Assembly (NCBI GenBank): GCA_002633005.1
Contig: NMRA01000008.1
Span: 1,933,456-1,997,455, forward strand
Length of the DNA stretch: 64,000 nucleotides
Source of the DNA: Phoronis australis
Lineage: Eukaryota > Animalia > Phoronida
Direction: 5' to 3'
Made by a program: the position numbers and the translations under genes. The notes below the pieces were generated by a model. It saw nothing but the letters and a program-made list of their open reading frames with translations, searched no databases and was not told the origin of the DNA. This document shows, piece after piece, positions 53,101 through 63,918 of the stretch. Within the stretch, counting starts at the first letter, position 1, and every line of letters begins with the position of its first letter.

Positions 53101-55221
53101 ACCATTTGACAGTTTTCAGTGTAAATGTGTTTTTCTAAGTTGCAATACTTATTGAATCGATGGTCTTGCATTCTCAGCAATTTGTACTTGGTCAATGTTA
53201 ATAATAAATTACAACTGGTTGTTTTAATATTACTTTTTCATCCATTACATTCTCATTATTTGGGAAGCACCACAAACCAACACTGGTCCAAAACAATCAT
53301 GTGAAAGGGCAAGTAACGTAATACAAAATAAATGTAACAAAGATTTGGCTCTCATCACAGAATTTAGCATGGGAGGCAGCCTCGTATGTCGAGTTAGACT
53401 GGAGGGGGCTTAAAGCAAAAATGGTCCAGCATTTGGATTTTAGTTAAGCTTGCCACTATACTGTGAATGTTATGCTTGCTCCAGGTTTTTACCAATGATT
53501 GATCGACAAGAGAATGAGGAGGTGTCCGACTTTACAAAGAGAGTTCAAGGACTGATGAGTACTGAACTTGGAGTTGTCTCCACTGTCTATACCAGTGCTG
53601 ACAAGGTGGAATATGCCAAAAGAATTATGTTCACCAACAACAGGATCACTAGAGATGATGGTCCAGGTATCAGTAGTAGTGCTAAATTGCCCGTGCTGCT
53701 AATATGGGTCAAATTGTTTGGGCCTCGGGGAAAATTCTTGTAACATTGTTGTAAAAATGCACTCAAGTTTTCACGCTACATTTGATATCAGTTTCATGGC
53801 ATTATTTCAGGCCATGTTGACTCCGGACTCAGTCATTGTATGTGCTCATTGAAACAAGGCAATTAACAGAAAATGCGTCTAGCATAACTCACCAGTGCTT
53901 TACATTATGTTGTAAGTTTATTGTACTTGATCTCTACACCATCTATCTGACACAGGTCCAACTACCACACCCGCTGCACCGTCCCCGTCACGCATGACAC
54001 GTCTGGACTCCATGGCACAGCAAGTACAGGCAGTTTTACCACAGGTTCCCCTCCATGTCATAAAGGCTGACCTTGGTACGTTGTCTACAGGTTGTGCTTT
54101 AGTTACAGTAATTCAAATTACCGCAGTCATGAAACATCTTTACATAAAACATTGAAATTTTGTGCTTTTTTGATGCTAATAATGTTATGTGTGACCTATG
54201 TGTGCATATGTGTTTCAGGTCAGACAAGTGATGTAGATATCACAATAACCAATATTTTAGAGGGTCGTGTGAAGTATAGCCCAGTCAAGTTTGGGCAAGA
54301 CAGTCCACCTCCTGTTGTTGTGCAGCCTTCAGCAGCAACGGTAGGTCTTGGTCTGTGTGGTGTGGTGGCAGGTCTCTGTCTGTGTGGTGTGGTGGCAGGT
54401 CTCTGTCTGTGTGGTGTGGTGGCAGGTCTCTGTCTGTGTGGTGTGGTGGCAGGTCTCTGTCTGTGGATTTTCATTTGTGGATTGAGAGTAACTAGGAAAC
54501 GCTTGTCCAGCTTGTCTTTTGTTAAGTGAATAGTACTGTTTCATGCTCTATGTCGAGTTGTTACTTGTTCTGTATCGGTTAATGTTCATTCAGTCAAGGG
54601 CCCACTTCTAAGTTTTTGAAACAGTCTCGTCAGGCCACGGCTGTTTGGCTACAGTAACCCCAACGCATATGGTAAAATAAACTTTTACACAATAATATCC
54701 TTGTTTATTTGTGACACTCGAAATGTTCTCATGTAGAGTATTTCTTTTGCATATCAAGACTCGGGTCGTCACGTAGTCTTGTGTGTTGAAATTTGTACAT
54801 CTACAGTCTCGTTAGGTGACAGCTGTTTGGCTACAGTAACCAGAACACATGTGGTAAAATAATATTTCTCATATAGAGTATTTCTTTTGCATATAGAGAT
54901 GCAGGTCATCATGTAGTCAGTGCATTGGAATTTATGTAACTGTCATCTACAGAGTTTAAGGGGGATGCAGTAGCTTTTTGAATCAATATTCTGTTTAACA
55001 ACAGAAAGTTGATATTGAAAATCATGAGCCATTTTTCTCGTTCAACTTTCATTTGCCTATTTTTTAATCCACAATTTCAATTTCAGCCCAAAAAATCAAA
55101 CTGCGCTGCTAAAAGTTTTGCAAAGTCTTCAGCCGAAAGAATGAAATCGTTCAAGGAAAGGAAAGCAGAGATGATGGAGTCGGCTAGGAAACGCTACATG
55201 GCTAAACATGGTCTTTCATGA
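44125..55221 (+). CDS. AUP1: Lipid droplet-regulating VLDL assembly factor AUP1 (ancient ubiquitous protein 1), 12 exons, 407 aa
   Basis: Spliced 1224 nt ORF with N-terminal hydrophobic hairpin (LLYFPLGLCLTVLRFFIG), acyltransferase-like domain (HPEGASTSGKKGLLKFSTWPFS), CUE domain (QVQAVLPQVPLHVIKADL...DITITNILEG) and G2BR (FAKSSAERMKSFKERKAEMMESARKRY). Confidence 0.95.
44380..44950 (-). mobile_element. CR1-like LINE 3' fragment
   Basis: Minus strand YCALIWHFCGQVNKNRIERVQYRALRFVLDDFSSS*ETLLQRANLPTL...SFRAYGSNLWNSL, typical CR1 ORF2 C-terminus with stops. Confidence 0.8.
45115..45390 (-). mobile_element. Dispersed repeat/MITE copy A (inverted relative to 48110-48410)
   Basis: Reverse-complement match over ~250 bp to 48160-48400. 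Confidence 0.75.
46184..46321 (+). CDS. AUP1: AUP1 exon 2
   Basis: FPRGLSLLPVLLYFPLGLCLTVLRFFIGAHMFLISCVLP. Confidence 0.92.
46676..46820 (+). CDS. AUP1: AUP1 exon 3
   Basis: FVLRVMCIVMG...VANNICILDHLAV. Confidence 0.9.
47793..47904 (+). CDS. AUP1: AUP1 exon 4
   Basis: PSVYDLPSTMNWLLGYVEMGVKQGRQCLIDQ. Confidence 0.85.
48110..48410 (+). mobile_element. Dispersed repeat/MITE copy B
   Basis: GATATTCCTG / CAGGAATATC subterminal IR; homologous to 45115-45390. Confidence 0.7.
49193..49265 (+). CDS. AUP1: AUP1 exon 5
   Basis: SSIPIFAHPEGASTSGKKGLLKF. Confidence 0.9.
49987..50023 (+). CDS. AUP1: AUP1 exon 6 (37 nt)
   Basis: TWPFSLGVPVLP, ag/gtaaga. Confidence 0.85.
50640..51420 (+). repeat. Degenerate ~145-bp tandem array, Helentron/HINE-like
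   Basis: ~5 units sharing TGTATCT...GAT..GAAATTTGG...CTAGTGGC. Confidence 0.6.
51627..51671 (+). CDS. AUP1: AUP1 exon 7 (45 nt)
   Basis: ILVHVTRPSLINIKP, tttcag/gtaagt. Confidence 0.78.
52093..52357 (+). repeat. ~28-bp minisatellite x~9
   Basis: TATCTATGATAAACTGAGACACACATA. Confidence 0.88.
52634..52707 (+). CDS. AUP1: AUP1 exon 8
   Basis: SILGGRWWVDVFWFMFVPFTQFHL. Confidence 0.9.
53485..53666 (+). CDS. AUP1: AUP1 exon 9
   Basis: FLPMIDRQENEEVSDFTKRVQ...TSADKVEYAKR. Confidence 0.9.
53956..54075 (+). CDS. AUP1: AUP1 exon 10
   Basis: LDSMAQQVQAVLPQVPLHVIKADL (CUE). Confidence 0.9.
54219..54340 (+). CDS. AUP1: AUP1 exon 11
   Basis: QTSDVDITITNILEGRVKY. Confidence 0.88.
54345..54466 (+). 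repeat. 27-bp tandem repeat x4
   Basis: GGTGTGGTGGCAGGTCTCTGTCTGTGT. Confidence 0.9.
54621..54920 (+). repeat. Local ~120-180-bp direct duplication
   Basis: ACAGTCTCGT...GCTGTTTGGCTACAGTAACC at 54621 and 54803. Confidence 0.75.
55087..55221 (+). CDS. AUP1: AUP1 exon 12 (stop TGA)
   Basis: KSFAKSSAERMKSFKERKAEMMESARKRYMAKHGLS*. Confidence 0.9.
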   Translation, partial: PKKSNCAAKSFAKSSAERMKSFKERKAEMMESARKRYMAKHGLS

Positions 55222-55377
55222 GGATTAGCAATGCATACAATAACTGGCATTCAGCAGTGACTTGTTTTAATTACATATTGAGTGTCTACAGTTATGAAAC
55301 TGACCACCACATGAATCAGACAGGTCAGCCTAACTTACAGTACACTTTGCAAGTATTTGTTGAAGGAATGGGACTCG

Positions 55378-55805
55378 GTGCCCGGTTGGATGAAACGGTC
55401 CCAAATAGGGACTCAACTAAGTTTCCTAAATCTACTGCGTACTTTTGGACTTGTGAAACCATTGATTGCCTTTTCTTGTATTGCTTTAGTTTTATTTCTA
55501 AGACATTTTTTTACTTTTAATACACATCGAGAGTGAACTCTACGTTGAATTGTCAAAATTATCGAAAATAAGTAGAGATCTTTTCATGCATCACCCCCAA
55601 CTTAAGGACTAAGTCCCTATTTATTTTCAATGCACTCTGGGCTCACTTTTTAGCTATATTATTAGAAAATAACATTAATCAAAGAGGAGCTCATAATAAA
55701 GATGAAATGATAGAAAAATATTGCATCTGTGAGTCCATAAAGACACAAATACGCAAAAAGACTTTGTTGAGTCCCTATTTGGGACCGTTTCATGCAACCG
55801 GCCAC
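55378..55805. mobile_element. MITE (Harbinger-like) downstream of the AUP1 stop
   Basis: 40-bp TIR with 2 mismatches GTGCCCGGTTGGATGAAACGGTCCCAAATAGGGACTCAAC. Confidence 0.85.
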
Positions 55806-56661
55806 TAACCTCCATAGGATGGCTGTATGACCTTTGCGGGTGGCTGATGCATAGTTGCAATTTCAGACATGAACAATTGGCAAAATTGACCAGTCCTTTT
55901 TTCATTGTTGTGAATGATGGCAATTTTTCAAAATTATTGTCCACTGCTAGCTACAGTAAAGAACTTGACAATGGTTAAGCATTACTTGGGTCCTATTTAT
56001 CATTTACAAAAAAATAGCAAATAAAATTTCACTCATCTGCCATATTGTGTCCTAAATTGACGAGACATTACTGCAATATGCCAAGGTTATACAGGAACAA
56101 GTCACTTTGTTAAATCTAATTATACAAAACGTCAGCCAATATCTGAAGGCTCTGCTGCAGAACCATCCATGCTGACCCGTATGCAGTTCTAGGGGAGCTT
56201 TGAAAGGTGGTTGGTCCCTTGCTGTCCAAGGAAAGGTCTGAAAGCTGGAGGGTTCTTTGCCGTTCAAGGAGGCGGTCCCTGCCTCTACCCATGAGACAAA
56301 ACATTGCGAAGTGTACTGTCACGAGCTCTTGGTTTAGTTGTACCCAATAGTTGTGAACTGCAGGTGATTACCTAATAACACTTAGGGACTGTATGGAATT
56401 ATCAATATTTTCAAAAGCGCACAAAACGTTTGCAGGAGAGGGGTTCAACAACTGGTGTTAACTTTTTTTGAAATTCCTATAAATTCCAGTAGAATTCCTC
56501 TATAGAGAAGAGAAAAAGGCATTTTTGGAAGTAATTTACTGTTAGTGAGGATGAGGAAATCTGCCAAAAAGAATGTTTTGTACATTTTTGAAAATTTCTG
56601 TTCTGAACGATCCCTCAATACTTAGTGAATGAAACAATCACCCCTGGAAATATTGTCTGAC

Positions 56662-56916
56662 TTAAGCGGCATTAAATCTAAATGCTTTCTGTCAAAAAAA
56701 TACAAGTGTTGATTTAGGCCACTTACTGTAATGAAATTGGTCGCGCATAGTTTCAAACCAAGCTCCTGAAACATGACTTGAAATACTATGAACTTGTAAG
56801 TCCTTCCAGAGCCCAGACATCAGTTCTAAACAAGGAAAAAGACCAAGTTCAAAAAAGTTAATGGCCTAAATCAAAATTCGTTTTTTGACAAAAAGCCGGG
56901 GTTTAATGACACTTAA
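56662..56916. mobile_element. TTAA-flanked MITE (Kolobok/piggyBac-like)
   Basis: ~60-bp imperfect TIRs (TGTCAAAAAA...TTGATTTAGGCCA), TTAA at both ends. Confidence 0.7.
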
Positions 56917-57808
56917 ATATGAAATCCTTGTATATTGTCTGAATACGTGAATACACTCATCATCTCAAACTGGCAGCCTGTTTTCAAGTCGTAGTAAACC
57001 AGAACTCAAATTAGCAACAAGTAGCAAAACAAACAAACAAAATCCAATATTTATTTTGATTCATAACTCGGTTCAAAAGCACTGTTTTTACATGCTTTAT
57101 TTGACATTGTATAAAATTAGCTGTCAGTAAGTATCCTGCTCTAAAATCAAATAGGAAAACATTATGCATCTCTTACGACGAGTGGAAGATATGAAATTCT
57201 TGTAAATCTGATTGTAACCTCAACGTAGTTTTTTGTAAAATACGTGACAAATGCCAAAATCTTGTCTGCATATTTGTAATCTCGTAACTTCAAGCTCAAA
57301 CTCACAAACATTGCTATCCTTGAAACACAGACAAATTAACACTCTTTTTAAAGGTACATTATCGGTTTTACGTTCGAAAAACCTGTTTTTGGTATTGTTA
57401 GATGGGATTGAAGTCATTAGCTTTGTCCATTCATTCCTTCACCACTGGCACCAACACACACTGTAATAAAACATGCTCCTCATGGGTCATTGGGGAAATT
57501 CGTGCGCCGGTGGCTTAATTCATGAACTGGTTTTAAATCGATGGCTGTGCCAGCAAAATGAGGTACAACCGTCAGTGTCAGTCCACAAGTGAACAGTGTT
57601 TGGAACTTTACAGACAACTCACTAAAGTCTCGGAAGTTCACTAGGTGGCGTTAGTGAAATAATGCCCCTCCCAATGCAGTCTGGTCATCACATGGTATGG
57701 TGGCAGTCTTATCTCATGAATGCTCTTTGTCTTCTCAATCCATTTAGATAACGTAAAGAAGACATCTGCATGAACAACACTTAGCAAACACTCGAGTCCA
57801 CTATTACG

Positions 57809-58005
57809 TCATGTGATGTCGCGATTAAATAGGGATTGGATGCTTTTAAATAGCACGCTGTCCTGATTCTTGGATGCATTGTTCTCCTCTTTATAATCAC
57901 GTAAGGTTTCAATTTTTCCCTGTTTAACTTTATCAACGATGGCAGTCTTCACGCAGTTCATTTTCTTGGCTGTCACTTGAAGTGCGGACTTCGATGCACC
58001 AGTTT
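57809..58005 (-). CDS. PSTK: PSTK exon 5 (stop TGA)
   Basis: tttcag acceptor in correct phase; AKKMNCVKTAIVDKVK...FNRDIT*. Confidence 0.75.
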
Positions 58006-61000
58006 CTGAAACCAAAAACATTAACAGCACTGCAAATGAAGTCAATAGTATTTACAATAAGAGCACGGACTACATTGCAGATTAAAATGATATTGTCAGT
58101 GCTTTGATCTCTGAAGCCCATGCCAAAAACCTGGAAGTTCAAGCAAGATGAAACGAGTTTGAAATTAGATAGTACAATCATGGAAAACTAGTCGACAAAT
58201 GTGTTAACTTGCTTTACATCCACGCCAAGAACTGCATGACACTTGGCTTACCTCAAAATCCAACTGCTGCCTGGTGGTTTGGTAATTGGCCCAATTATGA
58301 TGCACACCCAGCAAAATTAATGAGGAACATATGGCAATAGGTTGTAGAAGTCACATTTTTTATCCAATTTTCAAAATTGAAAAATTTTCAAACCAAAAAT
58401 TTGTCGCCCCAGTGTATTAATGATGGGTCTTATCATCTGGAGAACGATAACATCAGCAGCCTGAGGCAATTTAATTTACTACAGCATGGTCCCTTTAACC
58501 AACACTAGCAGATTCCGAGGTATGCATACCGGTCTAGTTGCCCAATCTCATCCGCTAACGGTGTCAACGTGGGCTTATTTTCATCTCAGAATTTAAGTAT
58601 TTCTCAAGACCAGTGAACAATGAAATGGTACTTACAATTTGGGGAATTTCATCTATGGCGCTGTTGTCATTTCTCAAAATGTATTCTGGCATATTTATCG
58701 ACTCGTAAAGATCCAGTAACATCACAGATACCTCTAATGTTCTCATGTAATCTGATTGATACTATGCGCTTTAGGTGGTGAGATTTAACCTCAGCATCAT
58801 CAGATGGCATGTGCCTTGACGATCATTTGCGTAAAAATTTGATTATCTGTGACATACATCCCCAAGTTATCTGTGATATCAATGGATGTTTGCGATCCAA
58901 CAAACGTCCAACGATGCATTTTGAAAAACTACTAACATCAGTACCGCTAATTGAGGAAGTTCTGTCGCTGATAAAATCCCCCAAATAGAAATACAGTGCA
59001 CCTCCAAAGGCCAACCTAAGTGCCACACTAGCTGTGAGCCTAGGATGAACACACGCAATATCACTAACTGGAACTGAACATAGTATTAGTCACTTACAGC
59101 TGGGAGTAATATACATATTGATATTGGTTCTAGCTTACAGGGATCTCGCATTTTGAGAACCAGATTTCTTCACTGAATAAAGGGCATCAACATAGCCAAG
59201 TTTTCTCCTGGGGAAAAGGAGACACCTTCAGTTATATATGTCTAGCCACAGTTTTGTGCCTTCTTCTGTTACGCAAAGTAAACATCTGTGGTGTAAATTT
59301 CCTCAGTACAGTTACAGCCGAGTGGGCTGTCTAATTTAAGTACCGGTGCCATATGATGCTGATACCACCAAGCTTATCGTAAAAAACGTGTTTCTCAACT
59401 CGGGAGATAACTTGGCACCGCTGCTTCTCAAAATGCGTGCCTAAAAGTTCACCTTTTAACTGTTGCATGTGTAAAGACACGAGTGTCCTCAGTATTTGAT
59501 CTGTCTGGTGAAGTAAATTTGTGGAACAAGATCTACGACACTCTTCTTTCAATTCAAAATCCTCTTCTGGTACCGGCTGCACTGGTCTCTTAAAAGAGTC
59601 GTCGATGAGCTGCAGCACATCATTCCTAAATTAAACAGAAATGCAACAAAAAGTTTGAGTATTTAATTTTCAAAAGAACCGCTTAATACCAAGTGTTTTC
59701 AATTTCCGTATTCCTTTCAGCTATTCTACTTTTAAAATTTATCAACATTTTCGAAAGCATGCATAATGTACACTATGGGAGAATAGCCAGTTTACAATTT
59801 TAGCTTCTAAAAATGTCAAAAACCATCTATGGGAGACGGAAATCAATGGAAGTACTTTTACAAGGGAGAGGGGCAGCCACAAGGTATGTTTTACATCTTT
59901 TTTTAAAATGTTGATAATTATGGATGACATGTAAAATAGTCTGGCCATCAAAACATCACAGCCCACTAATAATACTTAGTATTTCATAGAGAGTTTACTT
60001 TTCTTCATGCAAAAGTCCACAAGTTAAGGAAATGAGGCCTACACAGTTCTCATTTCAGCCTGCTCTAATGAAAAGGATTGAATCGAGTATGCCAGAAACT
60101 GGATTTTCAAACAAATATCTTTGTGCCCTCACAGAAACTCGTGACTTCTACATTGAATTCTCCATGTGTTCGCTATGCTCTGAGTGACAACACAAAATAA
60201 TTCAGATGTGCCGCACTTCATAAGTTGAGACTATACATACACGCGATGTGATGCGTTCACGGCATCGATCACCACGCATTGTTTCTCCCAGTGACAGAGC
60301 GGATCAGGAGCTTCAAATTTTGTAAACATGTTGTCAATCACGGCATCGGGAACCCGGGAATGTTCAGCCCGACCACTGTTTCGAGCCCTAGCATCTTCCA
60401 AACTGCACTTGAGGTAAACAATTGAATACCCAACTTGAACTGTAAATAAGAGGTGGAAACAGTGAAAATTAAATCCACACGACACGACAAACGAAGGCAA
60501 AAAATTGCTTCAAACAGGAATACATCAAGCTTTTTGCAGAGAAACTATCTGCAGAAACAAAAGACCAGCTCAGCCCATACTGCAGCTATGCAAAATTAAA
60601 AACACTGCACATATGAAAGTATTTTAACCTCGAGATTAATGTATTTTCATATGTGCAGTGTAGTCGCCAGATGAGCTTAAAACCGCATAGTATATATGCA
60701 GCTTCAAATTTTAATTCAAACGTCTAAATGCCACTCAACTAATGATAGGTGAGAAATAATTTATCAGAAACAGTTATCTGGTGGTGACTGGCACAGGTAC
60801 CGTTCTCCTCAAGTGAGTGAGGGCACTGACAAGTACTCACACTCTCTGGCTAGCTGATAGTACTCGTATCTCATACTTCTGTAGTACATATTGTCATCAA
60901 TTATCCACACATGATCTCGGTTCCCGTGGCTAGTCTTTGTGACTGGAACACAGTCACTGAACTGTTGTCTTATTGCACTATTCACTATCCTTCCATCTGC

Positions 61001-63260
61001 ATAGCCAGTTGGGAATAACTTATGGCCACGCTGGTGCGCTATCCTCTCCCTGACTAAATGCAAAATATCTTTTCGGTCACTTTTCCATGGGGAACTTTCC
61101 TGCAATTTAAGAATTTATGAACAGAAACTTTACTTTACAGTATGAAAAACATTTCAATTAAAAATGATAACATGTTGAAATTTGTTTTTATTAATGGTAT
61201 TCATGTCATGAACAACAATACATGCCCTTTGGCAAGGACACGGCAATGGACATTTGGTGGCATTATAACGACAGGAAAGGTGCATGTTCAAACGCTGTTT
61301 ATACCAGTAGGTTGAAACCTCCTGTCTTCATTACATGGGTTTTTTAGGTGGCACTGACGCTGTCCACCAAAGACCTGATCGCCGTTTGGCAGGATAGTGA
61401 AATTTAATGTGGTACGGCTATTTCAAAAGTCACCAATTCAAAAGATTTCTCCAAATCGATCCTTACGTCATTCAACTTGGAAGAATACAGTATGTCGTTA
61501 TTCTCTCAAACAAAATAAAGTTGTGCACAACAATTGAATTTGCAGAGTAAGGATCCAACCTGATCAAAAGATTTTATCCAAGCAGCTAGCTAGGGCAAAA
61601 CCCGATTCATATGGGCTAAATGCAATACACATGTGACTTGGCATGATGAAGAGCAATCATTGAAAAGCCTCAAATAACTTGAAATCGGCAGGTCGTAGTG
61701 AGAAACAGGTGATACATTTCTAATAGTAGTAGCGCTTAATGAGACTTTTCTATAGTCTATACACACTCAATTTCAGAATAATTCCACAATGGACAGCAGA
61801 GCTTGAGCTCCGCAAAACTTTGAAAAATGGACGCCACAGCACCACCTTTGGACCAGTTTTGCCCCCAAAAAATAGGTCTCGACATTCTAATGATATACAT
61901 ACATATTGTTTGTGAATTTCATGTGGATCAGGCAAAAATAGCAACCTGGCTGTAATATAGGCAATGACCATCGCCTCTGTTGGCCCGAACCAGAGGCGAT
62001 GCAGCTCCTATAGGCGCTCCATACGCCGGAAGCTTTTCGGTGAATTATGCCTCGCACCGTCTAAACCATCAAAGTCACGTTCTTATAAATACCTTTTGCG
62101 CATAGAGGAACACCTTAGGAGGTTTTCGATGTGTTTATTTCCTTCCAACTCGAACAAATACTCCCGTTATCAAACTTTTCCTTCGAGCAGTCCCTATTTC
62201 AGTTCCCAAAATCGTGAACTCGACAGTATCACTCGGCGCACGCCAAGAGATTCTTTTAACCAGGCCGAAGGTTAGAAGTTGCGGTCCTACCGGTGAACTT
62301 TGAAAACTGAAGTTCCCGCCCTTTTCGTACGTGCTGCCGGGAAGCAGAAGTACATTTGCCGTGTTGTTAAACATTAAAATTTCAAATATGTGCACAAAGA
62401 CTATTAAATGTCATATCAACAGCATTTCTTTTTAACAAATACAAACAATAATTCATTGAAATACAATCAGTTTCGAGTAACGCCAATTAAAGACAAGTAT
62501 AAGTGGTGTCTATTTTGGAAACGAACATGTGACTGACAAGACCACAATGGCTCACCTTTGGCTTATTTAAAGATTAAGGTCATGAAGTCACATCACCTAG
62601 TGAGCGCGGTAAAAATTGGAGCGTGCGCAGTATAAAAATGTTGAGTTCACGATTTTGGGAACTGAACGAGTGACTGCTAGAACAAAAAGTTCGATAACGG
62701 AAGTATTTGTTCGAGTTGGAAGGAATTAAACACACCGCCAACCTCCTAAGCCTAAGGTGTCCCTCTATACGCAAAAAGTATTTATAACAACGTGACTTTC
62801 ATGTTTTAGCCAGTGCGAGGCATATTTTGCTGAAAAGCTTCCGGCGTATGGAGCGCCTACAGGAGCTGCATCGCCTCTGGTTCGGGCCAACAGAGGCGAT
62901 GGTCATTGCCTAGCTGTAATATAGCATGCGTACAAAACAAAATACACAACAAAAGCAATTACAATGTTTAAATGAATTCGTCAAGATAAAAAGTCACAAC
63001 AGAGCAAATACTTGACAAAATTTCATTTCGCCAAATAATGACCGTACATCAGAAAAGCCAAACGTGGGAGTAGACGTGATGAAAAGTCTTTCGTTTTCTG
63101 TCCCGTTCGCCGACGGAAAAATCGCGTCATAGCAGACGTGAATTGTGTGATATCGAGACGAAATCTTTTGACTTAATGCTTTAGAAAATGTTGTTTTGCC
63201 ACATCCAGGTAATCCACACAGTACTAAAATACAGACGCTGTCATTTTTGTGACAACTCAT
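57809..63260 (-). CDS. PSTK: L-seryl-tRNA(Sec) kinase, 5 exons, 346 aa
   Basis: Spliced 1041 nt ORF with P-loop LCGLPGCGKTT, VCYDAI, IIDDNMYYRSMRYEYYQLAR, ARARNSGR (RxxxR), FEAPDPLCHWEK and CSTNLLHQTDQILR, all typical of metazoan PSTK. Confidence 0.93.
59453..59625 (-). CDS. PSTK: PSTK exon 4
   Basis: PVQPVPEEDFELKEECRRSCSTNLLHQTDQILR. Confidence 0.9.
60241..60439 (-). CDS. PSTK: PSTK exon 3
   Basis: QVGYSIVYLKCSLEDARARNSGR...FEAPDPLCHWEK. Confidence 0.9.
60841..61099 (-). CDS. PSTK: PSTK exon 2
   Basis: ESSPWKSDRK...DDNMYYRSMRYEYYQLARE. Confidence 0.92.
61958..62912. mobile_element. Non-autonomous Mutator-like (MULE) element
   Basis: ~285-bp TIRs starting TAGGCAATGACCATCGCCTCTG; 9-bp TSD GCTGTAATA at 61949-61957 and 62913-62921. 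Confidence 0.9.
63048..63260 (-). CDS. PSTK: PSTK exon 1
   Basis: MSCHKNDSVCILVLCGLPGCGKTT...FGFSD, donor gtacgg. Confidence 0.88.
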
Positions 63261-63918
63261 TCCCAGAATCTCATAAAATCAACGTCTCGGAACTGTTTAT
63301 CATTAATCGTCTGCAGGCCGCCATAGTTTCTCCGCATTGTGGGTACTTTGACTGGTTAAAAACGATGGTTTTCATTGGTTAAAGCCAGTGCATCATTTTG
63401 TATGTTTCCCGAATACAGTCTCTATAGTTCTTCGAATTTCATAATAAAATTGGTGAATCGGTCATGAAATATGTGTCTTCCATCCATTGTGTTTCTGTGA
63501 TATCAAAAGCGCGACACGTTTTAACCTACAGAACGTGCTGGAGACTCAGCTGATTGACAAAGTGGCCAATTGAAATCGTTGATAGAAACCGAAAACAACC
63601 GGAAATTCTAGTGACGTCACGATCTTCACATGCTCGAGGTGGAATCGTATGGTGTTCCGACTTGTTCCATACGTTCAGTTTGATTGGAAATCAAAGTAGA
63701 TAAGATTTGTATCCCTTCAATAATTTGCGGCCATCCAAAGGTTCTGATTTCATTGAATGTTTGTGAAATCACGAGTTAAAACTAGGACCAAAACTTGTTC
63801 CGGCGGGGTGCCTTTCCAATCCAACCCCGCCATTTTCACTTGGCTTTTGACGCTGAATTATTGGACTTACTGAAGCTGTTTTTATTTATTAAAATTGACT
63901 AAGAACTGGCGGTGAGCG
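63261..63918. promoter_or_regulatory. Putative bidirectional promoter/5'UTR region of PSTK and ETF1
   Basis: 658 bp between divergent ATGs; palindromic CRE GTGACGTCAC (63611-63620), CCGGAA ETS-like site (~63599), CCAAT (~63567), GCCGCCAT YY1-like site (~63317); CpG-rich relative to introns. Confidence 0.6.

Noticed and set aside
54092-54529. 145-aa ORF with GLCLCGVVA repeats as a separate gene
   Set aside because: It is AUP1 exon 11 reading through into a 27-bp intronic tandem repeat.
57050-57808. SECIS element in the PSTK 3'UTR
   Set aside because: No AUGA-helix-AA-GA arrangement with a proper stem could be built by eye.
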